A DNA stretch of 64,000 nucleotides from Saccostrea cucullata (taxonomy: Eukaryota). The stretch spans positions 806,001-870,000 of the forward strand of contig NW_026940735.1 in the NCBI RefSeq assembly GCF_032062105.1. The letters run 5' to 3'. Made by a program: the position numbers and the translations under genes. Under the pieces are notes generated by a model. That model was not told the origin of the DNA. It worked only from the letters and a program-made list of their open reading frames with translations, and searched no databases. Shown in pieces: positions 32,823-46,413 of the stretch (within the stretch, counting starts at the first letter, position 1; each line of letters opens with the position of its first letter).

Positions 32823-35800
32823 TTAGTCACCTGGGGTTATCTTTGAACTGTCCTTCACAATCCAAATTGCAAACAAGATGCATAAAATCTATGAAAAAAG
32901 AATACATATAAAAAGTTAAATAAAAATAACAAAACTGTCCACATAAAACAAACGTTTCTTGTTATATCATACATTTATTATTATAAAAAGAAGATAGAGA
33001 GAGAGAGAGAGAGCTGTCCATGGATCACAAAATTCATGTGAGTCACTTTGGCCCTGCTGTTTTGCATCATATCTTTCCCAATAGAGATTCCTATGTGAAA
33101 CTTTAATCTCCTTTTGTGGCCCACCCTATATGCAGGGGCCGTAATTTGAACAAAATGAATTTACACTACCAGAGGATGCTTGAACATTTTGCTGTACAAT
33201 GTGTACTTCAGAAGAGGAGTTATAATTGTGTTTCCTTCGTAACCCCAAAAATCCTGGTTTGAAGAATGTTAGTGAGATTTCTTGAAAGTTAAAACTTTTT
33301 AGTAGAGTGATTGTTGAGAAAGTTATGTGTAAACGATTTATAAAATTTAGAATCTAATGTAACATATTATTTTAACTTGGGTTGAAAACTAACTCGGGGA
33401 TATTTTTCCTGTAGAATACTGAAACCAACGATGTGAAATTTAGACCCCCAGCTCATTTATAATTGAACTGCTTCTTGATATTGGTATCACCCAACCTGGT
33501 CTAAATATACAGCATACCCTTCGTTATTTTTGCGACAGCAATGTACGCAACACAAATTTTGTAAAAGTGTTTTTCACTCACCAACAGCATAAATTTCATT
33601 TCCACAAAAATATACACACTCATACCAAAACCCCCTTACCTGAAATAGGAAAAGTGCCACGCCCACTCCGATGACCATTGGTTTGTTGTCCTCAATCAGG
33701 TCCATTATGGCCGTATAACATCCCTATGGAGAAAAATTGACTACAAATATATGTACCTACTTCAACAATTTCGCAAACAATAATTAATAGCACTAGAAAC
33801 TCTTGTTGCTATAGCAACAAAAAAGGTCTTCCGTTCTCCTCTATTTATCTGTATGAATGAGCTTTTATCTATGTTTAAAAGGCAGATAATATTTACAATG
33901 ATTACAGGAAAACAAACGGCCGGAGGTATAAACTCACTAAAATTCTTGACGTTACTTTAGACAGTTTTAGTCTTAATAACATTTATAAAAATTCATTTTC
34001 AATTTTTTAGCACTTCCTGTGATGACCGGAAGTGACAGAGGACGCATTTTACCCTATATCTGTTACCCAATCTTCAGAAGTTTCGTGCCTTGGTCTGTTA
34101 CATTTTAAGAAATCTCGTAATGTTAACTCGTTTTGAGGACAAGAAATCACGTGACCGCGAGTAAATTTTAAAAAAGATATTTTACGTTACTTTAGACTTT
34201 TGCAGTCTGAATAACATGTCCTTAAATCATTTCAAATACTCTTTTTTATAAAAGATATTTCTGGGATAGTATGATACTCAATTTATGCAGTTTTTCCTCT
34301 TATAACCGGAAGTTGTCGTTTTTGTTTCTACTGGGACTGACATATTTCGAAATAACAAATAAGATGCTGTAATGTAATACAAAGAAAGATTTCACAAAGA
34401 AAAGTTGAATTTTTTGATATATTTGATCACTTCATGTGACAACCGGAAGTGACTGCGGACGATGTTAACTCAAATCGATTTCTCTACTCAGCATAATCTA
34501 CCATTCCTATTCCTTTGGTGTCTTAATCTCTAACCGTTTACGAAATCTAGCTATGATGACTTTAGTTTTAGGATAGAAAATCACGCGACCGGAAGTGAAT
34601 TTTATAGAGATATTTGAGGTAACTGTAGATATATTGAATCTGAATAACATACCCAAAAACCGTTACACACTTTATATATAAATGATATATATTTGAAAGA
34701 AAAATACTCAAATTATGTAGTTTTTCTCTTATAACCGGAAGTTGTCGTTTTTGTTTCCGGTGGGTCTGATATATTTTGAAACTACAAATAAGATGCTATC
34801 AGGTGATGCAATAAACTTTCCATAAAAGAAAAGTTGAAATTTTCGATTTCTTTGACTACTTCCTGTGACGACCGGAAGTGACGTCGGACAATCTTAACCC
34901 ACATAGTTTTGCCTACTTATCAAGATCTACCATTTCTATAAGTTTGGTGTCTTCATCTCTTACCGTTTACGAGATATCTCTATGATAAGTTCTCATTTTG
35001 AGGACAGGAAATCACTTGACCGAAAGTGAATTTTAAAAAGATATTTAAGGTTACTGTAGACATTGGCAGTTTGAATAACATATCCAAAAATCATTTCAAA
35101 TACTTTATCTATAAAAAATATTTATGGGAAAGAAAAATACTCAAATTATGTAGTTTCTCTCTTATAACCGGAAGTTGCCGTTTTTGTTTCCGGTGGAACT
35201 GACATATTTCAATACTACAAGTAAGATGCTACAATGTGATGCAAAAAAAATTCAAAAAAGAAAAGTTGAAATTTTCGATATTTATGAACACTTCCTGTGA
35301 CGACCGGAAGTGACGGCGGACAATCTTAACCCAAATGGATTTGCCTACTTATCAAGATCTATCATCCCTGTAAGTTTGGTGCCTTAATCCCTTACCGTTT
35401 CTGAGATCTCACTCGGATTAAATATTTTTGAAAAAAGCGGAAATCGGACATATCTGACGACCGGAAGTGAATTTTCAAAAAATGAAAAAAACGTCTCGGG
35501 GTATTTTCATTTTCTATCATCCCTGAAAATTTCAGGAAAATCCGTCCAGCCATCTCTGAGAAATCCTGCCGACAAGATTTGGGGAAAAAAATAATAAGAA
35601 GAATAAGAAAAAACAGTAGAATCACTATAAGGTCTTCCGTCTGAAACGGAAGACCTTAATTATGATTTATCAGAATCATTACTAACATATAATGATATTT
35701 TGTCATCATGAAAACATTACAGGGGATAGGTATAATAATACTTTAGAATGGTATCCGGTGGGATTTGTACAACTTCCATGTATGGACTGGAGAGTTGATT

Positions 35801-38800
35801 GTTGATTACTCTGCAGTATATCCTCCGTTAATGCTTTACAACAGCCAATCACATTTTTCCCATTCAGATCACTATAGCCATTCCACCCACAACATTTCAG
35901 CTGAAAAGTAGAAAAAAACTACTTTAAACAACAACAACAAAAGCGAACAAAAACTGTGTACACTAGACAAAATCGCCAACGTACCACTTAAAATTCTAGC
36001 TCATCTGTATAATTACTAAATATTTGTCGAATTAATCTATTTACGATTTGTGATCCACTTATGTTTCATGATGTCTTAGTGTCAACAAAGGGTGCCCTCA
36101 AATAGCCTTTAAGTCAGCAAAACATTTTCTTAATGCTGATTTTTGAACCGTTGAAACAGCAACATTTGATGGTTTATACCAGTGGTACGTATAAATGGTG
36201 ATAGATAGTTTATCAAAGCGGTTGCGTGCCTGTATTGCAAAATCATACTCTTAACGTGTACCATGTCGCCTTAAATTGTTGTCATCCACTGCATCTGTAC
36301 ATACCATCATCGTCTCAAGCCATGGATTGGAGTCCGCGTATATAGCTTTCTCCAGCAACAGAGGAGGATCGTATATTTAGGCAGTGGTTGGCGATGATTC
36401 CGTATCCGCTTTTCGGTACATCTGGGTGCAAAAGCTTTACAAGTACAATAGACGCAATAGATGCTTATTGTTTATTGAGGGCGGTGGTCAGTCGAAGAAG
36501 AAAATTCAATATACAATTAAATTTATCAAACTGCAGCATGCATTTTAAAAGTTAGAGAAACAGTTATCTTTAATTTGTTTTTATTTTTCACAAAATTCTT
36601 TAAAGAAACACTCCGCAGTCACCGATAAGCAATATGCCCTTCCTTCCTCGAAGGGGGGCATAAATATCTGAACGGTTTGTGAAAACAAAATGCATGCATG
36701 TAAATAATGTAATTATGTTATATTTTCCCAAGTACACTTCGAACCAATATGACATAAGTTTAATACAATTTCCTCTTCAGGCGCGTAGCCAGGCGTACGT
36801 TTGTACTCACAAACGTCCACATCATTTTTGAAAAGGAGGGAGAGGCAGACGTAGTTTCCATTTATCCTTGTATGCTCTTAAAGCATACACATTATTTTAC
36901 AAAAGATTTAAGATGAATACATGTAATTGATTTTTGAAATATTGAAAAAATATATATAATACTTCTGTCGAAACAATTTATAACAATACTTAAAGAAAAA
37001 AGACAATTAACAAAATCAGTTTTAGTGGAAAATACCATTGTATTTATCCTCTGAAATCATTAGATTTTGGTTTACTATTGAAAATTTTCCTAGAAGTGCA
37101 TTATATTTTACCAATCTTTCTGACTATTTTACCATAAATATTTCAGTTGTCTCTTTAGAAGTCTAAAATTGTTTTAGTGGGTTTGTCTTAGAACGACATT
37201 AGAGGGATCCTTTCTCTTTTTGAGGGTTTGTCTGCATTCTGTACAATAAACAGAGCAGACCTCGAATATGGTTGCGTGACAAACTTGTTAGTAAAGTGCA
37301 AGAAAAATGCGATCAGAAGGAGCAAATTTGCACATGAAAATCGTCGAAAATTCACTAGCTTAGCCTTCTGGACCCCAAACAAGCCTTCACCTTGAGCCCA
37401 TTGGGGGCTTATGAAGGAGGCTCTAAACCCCCTGCCTACTCGGGAGTCCACATCTAAAGTACCCAAGCTACGCCCCTGCTCTTGTTTATTAAAACATTTC
37501 AAGACCCCCCTCCCTATATAATCATTCAACTTTTTTTTTTATTTTGCTTGGATTCTTCTCAACTCAGTTGACTTTGATTTCATTTCACCACTTTATTTAC
37601 TCTCGACCCTGGCACGATTTAATGCTTTTAATCCTTAAACTATAGATAAATTTACAACAAATAGCTCTGACCATACCTTATTATTTTTGTTTAGTATGAT
37701 AAATAGGCCTAACTATGATTAGAGAACAAAATTTACGAATTTTTATTTCTCACCCTGATGTAAGTATTTTCGCGTCTTTATCCTTTTATCCTTTGTCAGA
37801 GTACCCTTCATACATAATTAAACCCTTAAGGCGTGACATGTTCCTTAAATATCTATTTTATATCTCTTTGTAAAAAATATATTTAAAAACTCTTATTATC
37901 ATTCTCTAAACTGTTTTCAAAATGCCTTGAGAAATAATTAAGCACTGCAAAAATTGTGATATCGGCAATTCAAGAAATTTCTAAAAGGAATGAATTTATT
38001 TAAGTAATATATGTGCTTCAATAAAAACTTCTTGTGGAAAATTATATATACTTGAGGAAGGTGTCATCTGACCATCAGTGAAGCTACTCACGCTTGTAAA
38101 TAGGAGATCCATGGCCCTGCTCTCTACGTCTTTGCTTAAAGTTCCGCCACTTATAATTTCTTCATACTTATTAAATTCGTTACTTAGTGGATCCGAAAGA
38201 ATTTCTTTAAGCTAAAAAAAAAACGATACTAATAATTCATTTCTAATAAGTCTCAGAAATTCGTGAACATACAAATGCGCTTTGCTTTGCGTATATGATT
38301 TTTCGTTAAAAATTGTTTGTCAGTACATTATTCTTGTAGTTTGTTGCATGTATATCAAGGTGCTATAACAAAATATTTGCAAAAAAAACCAAATCTATGC
38401 ATCAATGTATTACCTTATCAGAAAACAAGAGAGCTACAAAGGTCACTTCTATCAGGATGAGCAGCACCATGATGATGACGTACTAATAATATCAAGATAA
38501 ATACATCAGTATAACACAGCGTTTAAAATCAGTTCTTAAAACATCAGTTATACATCATGCAGTATGCCCAATTAAGTTTTTAAATGTAAGATTACCAATT
38601 TACTGTGCTATGTATGAAATTCTTTAATCAATGGAAGATTTTCCTGGTTATAAAGAACAGAAATGAAAAAGTTCGTAATACAGAGCCCGGGAACGTGTAA
38701 GGTTATGGGATGATATATGTTCGTTATCGTCATATTTCACTAATCGTGAAACTATATATCAGATAAACTGTTTTCGTTCACAATACTTAGAAAGTTTTGA

Positions 38801-41800
38801 TCATATTTTACAAATCGTAAAACTGCTTGCTCTACTCCCCTGTGATTTTTGAATGGACTATTGGAAGAAGCTAAAGGAAGTCCACTCTTAGATTCCTCAA
38901 CTGCAGAATACAAGATAGTGTTTGTGATTAAAGAAGTTTCAAAACACTGGCTCTTTAAGTCAACGAATATGTCGGAAGATAATCCTTACTCAATCCGTCG
39001 GTTCTGCCAACAAAGGAATACTAGTAGCGATTAAAATAACATTCTTAATCATACGATTTTTCAGTCTTGTATTCCATCATATTTCAATGTGAAGTTTACG
39101 CCATACATTCCCTACAGATACGTTCCCAAACTGTTACATTCAAACTTTCTCCACTGTATACAAACTTCACAGTGCTAGCTACAACTTCTCAAACAAAATC
39201 CTCTCATAAGTGTTTTTTGAACTACAAACCCTCTGATGATATCAATATACCGGTAATTGAAATTAAAGACCTAAAAGCAACCAGATCAGAAAGTTCTATA
39301 TACTTGCAACTGACGTCAGAACTTAATGACTATAATGAATTCTCTCGAAGATTATGTCAGACGTTAGGTTAAGTATGAAAAATCAGAACACTTTGTCAGA
39401 ATGGATTAAGTGTTTTAGAAATACTCGTATATGTGAAAAAAAGTGTTAGAAATTCAAAAGGCAATAGGCTAACCTTCTATCTTTACATTTTTCTCTAAAT
39501 CGGAGGCAATGCAAGAATTAGAAAGACTACATGAACATCATATTATGGCTCCAGAAGACAAGGCTTGTAATAATATAGTCTCTGTTTGTAAAGCTCATTA
39601 TTTTAACTGTATTTTGGTTTTAATTCTAAGTCTGAAAATCCAATTTATACTTGCAATTCGCTTTCTGAAGATAAAATTCTCCAAAATCACATTTCAGTGT
39701 TTAATACCTTTAACATTTCAGCCAGCAAAGGTGAGATCGATCTACCCTATCTTTACAAGATTCCTTAACTTCATAAATTTCTTTTACAAACAAGGATACG
39801 TTACAAATGCTCTATCAAGTCCCTTTCTTTATCCTTAAAAACTGTTAACTGTTGTTAAGGAGAAACTTCTTGCGTACTGTGATACAGCATATACGAGAAT
39901 TGGTGGAAACAACTCCGAATAACTTTCAGAAAAGTTAATATCGCCAAATTTTTCAAAAGTCAGTTACATCAAATTAAGTATTCCTTTTCTATACTTTATA
40001 CAATCCATTCCTTACGATAATTTAAAAGCTAGACATTTAGATATATTGTACTGAGTATTATCAATGCACAATAATAGTCTGGGTTTGCTCTGCTCCTATT
40101 TTGTATTGTTTTTTAAAGAAATTTTGATCTCTCAAGAATACTCTTCGTTATCCCCATATATTTCATACACATACCTTCATTCATATGTCGACTCCAAGTG
40201 AATTTGAAATTAAAGACACCATAGAGTCTTTACATTTGTTTCATACTTGGATGTTTTAATGACTATGGGCAATAAGAACCAACCAACAACTAAATTGTCA
40301 GATAAATGAGATGATTTTCCTACGTTAACATTCCCCTCTTATGAAATAATATTCCATTATATATGGAGGTTATATTATTAAATGTTTTTACTCGCTTTTG
40401 TTAACAAAAAATCAATCCACACTTACAATAATTAGAAAGACCTTGATGCTGCAACAAGCCCCACATCCACCTAGAATTCCCATCACCACCAGGAATATCC
40501 CGATCCCGACCAGAACCCATGCTGCTATAGTTAGATAGTCAGATATCACCGGCAGGTCCTTAAAAGCCTTCAGAACTGACGCAATGAAGTCAGCTCCTGC
40601 TATAACCAAGGCACCTGCCGCGATAAGAGCAAGTCCAACGAGCTGAAAAAGAAATGTTTTTATGCTGTAGATACTATATGGTTGATTCATAGGTAATGTC
40701 ACTGCAGGTGTTAAGAACTGGTATGTTATCAATTGAATTTTACTATTTCTTAAATTTAGATGAATAGATGTTTCTATACTTCTGTTTCCCTGGAACTGTT
40801 TTGAATTAAACACAAGTTAAACATTTAAGAACAAAGAATACCAGGCCTTACTGAATATTTATAGAACATGTAAATTATGTACTAACCCAGAGAAAAACAA
40901 ATACTCAGTAACTAAGTACTTTTAAAACTATAATAAAATTATTATATTATGTGATTTAGTTTAAAGCTGTCATCATGCATATAAAATAAATGCTCAATAT
41001 TATATAAGAAAGAGGATTATTAAAATTGTAAGAAACTAAATTTATCAGCAACAAAGTCCCATCCCGGGGATCTGGAATTCTGAATAATGACAAACTTTCC
41101 CAATGTGATAGAGGTATAATTGCATGTTCCTTTTAATCATGCAAACAGTTTGTGAATGTTGGGTAGTTTAATCCTCTGTCTCGTGTAATGAAATGTAATG
41201 ATGCTTCTTTTCATATATTCAAACCATTTTTTTTCTATTTTTCAAATGTTATTTCCAAAACAAGATTGACTGACGCTCTTATTCTCAGAATGATGATACT
41301 TAGTGATAGACAAAATTAAGATAAACGATATGATAATTTGCATCTTATGCCTCTATCAATACAGATGTCCTACATAATTTTTTACTATTTACAAAAATGT
41401 TTGAAAGTACTTCATTATCTCACCCTTTTTATTGTTGTAGTGCAATGTGGGGTCTGAAACAGTTATATCCCAAGAAAACTATCTTTATATTTGATGTTTG
41501 CCAATAGTTTAGTTGGAAATTAGATAAGAAGCGCATTCATTATTAGGTAATTTACAATTAAACATTCAAGCAATACAACAAAACATTCAATTAACAATTT
41601 TGAATTAATGACAAAAATTAGTAAATGTCATTTTGCTCAGAGAGACTGCTGCATTTCTATATTTAAAAAACGACACAAAAACAAAACAAAAATTCCTATA
41701 TTTCCTTTAAAGCAATATGAACTGAATTTTTGAAAATTTTATTTTGCTGTTAAAATGTGCTATTATAATAATTTTCTATGTAACTTAAACGTTTATGATC

Positions 41801-44016
41801 GATTAGACTAAAATAAAGCAAAAGAAAGATTTCTGCATACAGTCCAATATACAGTTTTATATAAGGTTATCATTATTGTACAGGACTACAATAATGTAAT
41901 TTTGATTCAATCAAAGCTTATAAAGAGTTCTTCCATCGCAAATATGAACAAAGGAAGTTTATTAACGTTATTTTTTTTCTTTAATTCAAAATAGTTATTT
42001 ACAATTTTGCAACAAAAAAATTCCGACATACAGCTCATATTGCTTTAAATTTTGATGTAATGTTTTCTAAAGTATTTTTAATTAAATGTTTTAGATTTGA
42101 TTTAAAACCCCAATAATTTAACAAAGCATTACATCAAAATTTATAACTTTAAAATATTAAAATAAAAAACCAAAAGTAATTTTACAAAACATTACATCAA
42201 AATTTAAAGGGACATGGGCACAGTTTCAACTGAATTTTCAAAAATTAATTTTAATGTCTACAATTCCTTATTAAGACAATTTAAATGATCAGCAAAAATT
42301 TGCACATCATTTGTTGATTTACAAAGGAGATACAGAGCTTAAAATTCTTCATAATGTAAACAAGGCTCGTGCTTTGTTTTTGTTTACATATAGAAAATAT
42401 CATATTTTATAACAAGACAAGATTCTGCAAATCACTAGGAACTGTCTAATCGTATTTAGAATTATTGAAAAAAAAATCTGCTTTGAACGAACGCATAAGT
42501 TTAATAAACCTTAGTAAACAGAAACATGGAACGGGCCTTGTTTATATAAAGAAGGTTTGGAGCTCGTAATCTTTCTCGTATCTCGGCAACTGAAATTCTT
42601 ATTTTTGATAATCATAAACAAAACACCGTAGTTTAGCAATTGTAAACATTTAAAAAAAAAAAAAAAGGAAAAATAAATTTGAAAATTTTTTAACTGAACT
42701 GTGTTCATATCCATTTAATATACAACAAAATAAATATTTTTGAGATTTTTTTCCATTTCAAAATACTAGTTCTTAGAATTCAATATGTTGAATATGTTTA
42801 GATTAAATATCGTTTATCTTGATTCGACGATCATCTCTTCTTTTCTTTTTTGGACCGGATTAACAATCTATCAAGAGCACTTCTCTTTTGAAACTTTGTC
42901 AATAATGTGGCGTGTTGTCTTTTGATATGGATATTATTTATATGGATTTTTCTGTGAAATGTACTGGTTGCTAGAATAATGTTTGATTCATAGCCAGACT
43001 TGGTTCTGTATTGAGACAAATTAATAGTAGAATATATATTTTAAATTTTCACCTTGATGTTTTTGGTGTTTTGGCACAGTAAATATATTTTTTGAAAGCA
43101 TAAAATAATAATATAAGAAGGCTATAGGAATGTGTTTGATAATAGAGCCCATGGCGGGGCATTTCAGATAAAATATTTTAATAACATTTCGGTTGTCATT
43201 AAACAAGATAACAACAACAAAATTTCTTACTTCTCTTTATAGAATCGTATCGATTATCATAATATTTAAAACAAAATGGTGTTTTTATATTTTTTCGCAA
43301 CCACAGTCGTCTTGAATATATATAACAATTATCTTAGATTATCCATAAAATAATTTTTTTTCTTCTTAAAATACATGTGCTTTTGCTTTCTCGAACAACC
43401 ACAAAAAAAATTACTTGTCTTTTTGAGTAAATCAACATTTTAAAGTTATCATTGAATGGGACTGTATATATTTCAAACAGGAATTTGGTTAAATACTTTT
43501 TCAAGTATAAAGATTAATGCTCAGAATATCAAAGTTGTTATTTTCCCATGGTCAATCTTAGGTTTATGTAAACTGTATTACTGCGTCTAACATTCTTTCA
43601 AATGTGGTATCTTTTTTTATTTGAATTTTTTCTGTTGTTGTTGCCAGGCAAAAAAAAAAGACCTATCCACCTTCAGTAGAAAAGAGGGTAACATACGCGA
43701 AATCTGTCATTTTTTTACTACATTTACTTTGTTACCATTACTAGTATTTACGATTTTGTGTGTAAAAATCTTTTGACAACTAAACTAAAACAATATTGCA
43801 ATATGATACTATAACTTTTGCTTTTTAAAAATAAAATTGGAAAACGAGATATTGTTTTCCAGTAAGAATGAGTATCTTGTGTCTCCTAATACAGTATTAC
43901 TCATTATCGCAGGCATATGTTTAGCAATTCTAATTAAACAGACAAATACTTACCAGGAAGAGAGTATTCAGTATACCAAGGATAAGTTTAGCACAACATG
44001 CGCCAGTACTCCCCAT
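32823..44016 (-). CDS. Tetraspanin A (~258 aa, six-Cys EC2)
   Basis: Seven phase-0 exons: 44016-43954, 40642-40427, 38482-38414, 38211-38092, 35900-35742, 33723-33640, 32888-32823. Four TM segments, GGCGACC after TM2, EC2 with LKCCG, GCC, C and GCY; ends ...KITPGD*. Confidence 0.9.
33792..35660. mobile_element. Helentron-type non-autonomous element carrying a ~420-430 bp tandem array, in tetraspanin A intron 5
   Basis: Left hairpin TTGTTGCTATAGCAACAA plus AAGGTCTTCCG; right AAGGTCTTCCGT-CTGAA-ACGGAAGACCTT hairpin; internal units marked by ACTTCCTGTGACGACCGGAAGTGAC-like motifs at ~34011, 34428, 34857 and 35289. Confidence 0.8.
36778..37478. mobile_element. MITE with CAGG(C/G)GCGTAGC termini and a 5-bp TSD
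   Basis: CAGGCGCGTAGC ... GCTACGCCCCTG; CTCTT repeated directly on both sides. Confidence 0.65.
39340..40375 (+). mobile_element. Decayed Penelope-like retroelement (RT region)
   Basis: Remnants ELERLHEHHIMAPEDKACNNIVSVCKAHYFNCI (PADKA-type motif), LPYL..IP.LH, STLYT.IPYD.LK, IKDTIES, SYLD, with many frameshifts and stops. Confidence 0.7.
41711..42044. mobile_element. Kolobok-like MITE
   Basis: TIR AGCAATATGA(A/G)CTG with TTAA on both sides. Confidence 0.7.
42208..42714. mobile_element. Kolobok-like MITE (decayed TIRs)
   Basis: TTAA-AGGGACATGGGCACAGTT ... AACTGTGTTCATATCCAT-TTAA. Confidence 0.55.
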
Positions 44017-46413
44017 CTTCAAAACTTCAGAACAAAACTTAAAGTATCAATAAATAACCAGAAAATTCTAATTTGAAATTGAGTGCGTTTTAGATATCAT
44101 CGCTTTTTTGTCATGCGCAATTTCTTCAAAAAGAAAGACATTCGGTATATACTACAAAGAAATAAATCAAATCGAAAAACCTTATTCGTATTTCCAGAAA
44201 CCGATCCGTAGTCAACACTTTCCAATGATAAACCGATTTTTCGCAATTGCTCAATGTACGGGCTATCCAAATGTTGATAAGATAAGATTTAACATTAAAT
44301 GGAAACGTAAAAACTGATACTTGGACCCTTTCTTTTGCCTCTACCCTGGAATGGCCATCGATTTGTCGCGGTGTTGCTCTGATAAAATTGTCGATTTTAT
44401 GAATTTATCTCGGACCACTACGTTGGTATCTCAGAGAATGATGGAGGACTTTGAGTAATATACTTCCTTCTTTTTTGAAAAAGAAGATAAAAATCACCTC
44501 CATCACATATTTAACTTTACTGACTAAGTTTAGTGTTCTTGTTAATTAAGAAATCCTGCCGCCGCTTTATGTCAGAAGTTTTATAGTTGTTTAAAAATCT
44601 AACGTTATTTCATAAACATTTCTAAGATAAAGGAAACAACCTTAAGAGACTATCATTTTATTAATTTTATGCTTCAATATTGAAATATTTAAAACCTATC
44701 TTGTGAATCTCACCTTCTTTTACCCAAGGAAAGTTTGCTCACACAGGCTTGGAGAAAAAATGTCAAACTGATAAAACGATTACGGACTTAAAAAGATACG
44801 AGTTTGTTAACATACGACTTTACTGCATGCTGGAGCGATACCATGTTACGTAATTCTTTGATTTATAATGTAGGCCTTCAAAGACAATGGCTTAGTATGA
44901 TAAAAATTCTTAAAATACGTAAATAGGGGTTCTCATTGCTTTAAAAAAAGACAGTCACTAATACAATCAGTTTTCAACGTTATAACATAAAATATACTAA
45001 AAGCATACACGTAAAAAGGATTTCAGATGATGTATCTGAAATATACCAAAATAATATAAAAATATTATAAAATTTTTAGGTATATAATTATATTGTCAAT
45101 GTTTTCTTTTTCGTAACAACAACCTTAAAAAATTATCCTTTTTTGTAATTGAGAACAGATTCAGCATAAATAAACTGTCTACAGACCCTTTCATTGCAAT
45201 TATTGAAATTTCATAATATTTTTATGAAGAATATATTCAGTAAAAAAAAAAAAGAAACGAAAATGCATAGTAAACTTTTTCATTGCAACTAAATTTGTAG
45301 AAAAAGAAATCGATATTGGTTATCTTATAAACATTGCCCAAGGCTGCAATATTTACAACGAATTCGTCACCTAGTATGTATAAGGTAACCTAAAGACATT
45401 GTTAATAGCATTGAATGATACATAGTGCTATAAATTCATTTTTTAAGAGTATTTAAATCTTAAAAGTATTTTCTAAAATGTAAATTTAAGCAGAAACTCC
45501 ACATATCAAAATACACATTAAATCGAGCATTGTGCATTTCTACATTAACCAATTAAGAGAGAAATTATGCTTTTGAAAATGAATGTGAATAAAATAGTTG
45601 TTTCTATAGAGACCTTACTACTTGCAAAAAGAAGGAGCAGAACAAGTCAATTGTGGATTTAAAAAGCTACACATAGTAGCAGTTTGACGCAGATTACATA
45701 TATCTTTTGGCAGAAAAAAGCATTTTGCAAAGTCTTTATTAGAATAAGTCTATGTAGAGCAAATTCGATTAAATAAGATACAGTTTTTTCTTTAAACCTT
45801 GTTTTATTTTATTTAGCAAAAAAAATAAATAAATAAATAAATAATGATAATAATAATAAAATTACCATTTCTCGAGCATTCCCAAAATCTAAAAATTTCA
45901 TAATTCTAAAGATTGACACATTTCTTCTTTCATAAATCATAGTTCAGTATAGTTCCATACATTTTGTAATACTTACGACACACTTGTAAATATTTTGCTT
46001 GTGATATCCTTACAAGTGTTATTATAACATACGACGTAATGTTTAGAAAGTAATTCATTAACGGTTACGCATGATTAAACAGTCAGTTTGAAACATCATT
46101 GACAACTGAATGCAGACTGACACATTTTTTAGCGTAGTAATTCCATATCTAATTAATGAGCAACAGTTTTGATTCATCATCCAAGTATACCCCATCCATT
46201 TTAAAATGAAAGATCGTCCGTTATTTTCAGCAGAAGGTCAGTTCACCTTAAGAGGAGAGGTTGGGTGTTTTCGAAAGCTGGTTATTTCTTCATCGGAGGC
46301 AACTTGTAAATCTGAAGTCCCGTTCTGGTATAGCGGCTCTTTCTTGTGTTAGCGTTTGGGACGGTGATTTGAAAGTTTGCTATATTGACCTGGACAAAGA
46401 TAGAAGAAACAAA

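Noticed and set aside
36180-36440. GC-richer intronic patch that might be a hidden exon or gene fragment
   Set aside because: Frames I translated contain stops, with no convincing splice sites or motifs.
39232-39265. CTGATGA...GAAA hammerhead-like core upstream of the decayed Penelope copy
   Set aside because: Stem II register is off and I could not find stems I/III or a cleavage triplet; an Infernal search would be needed.
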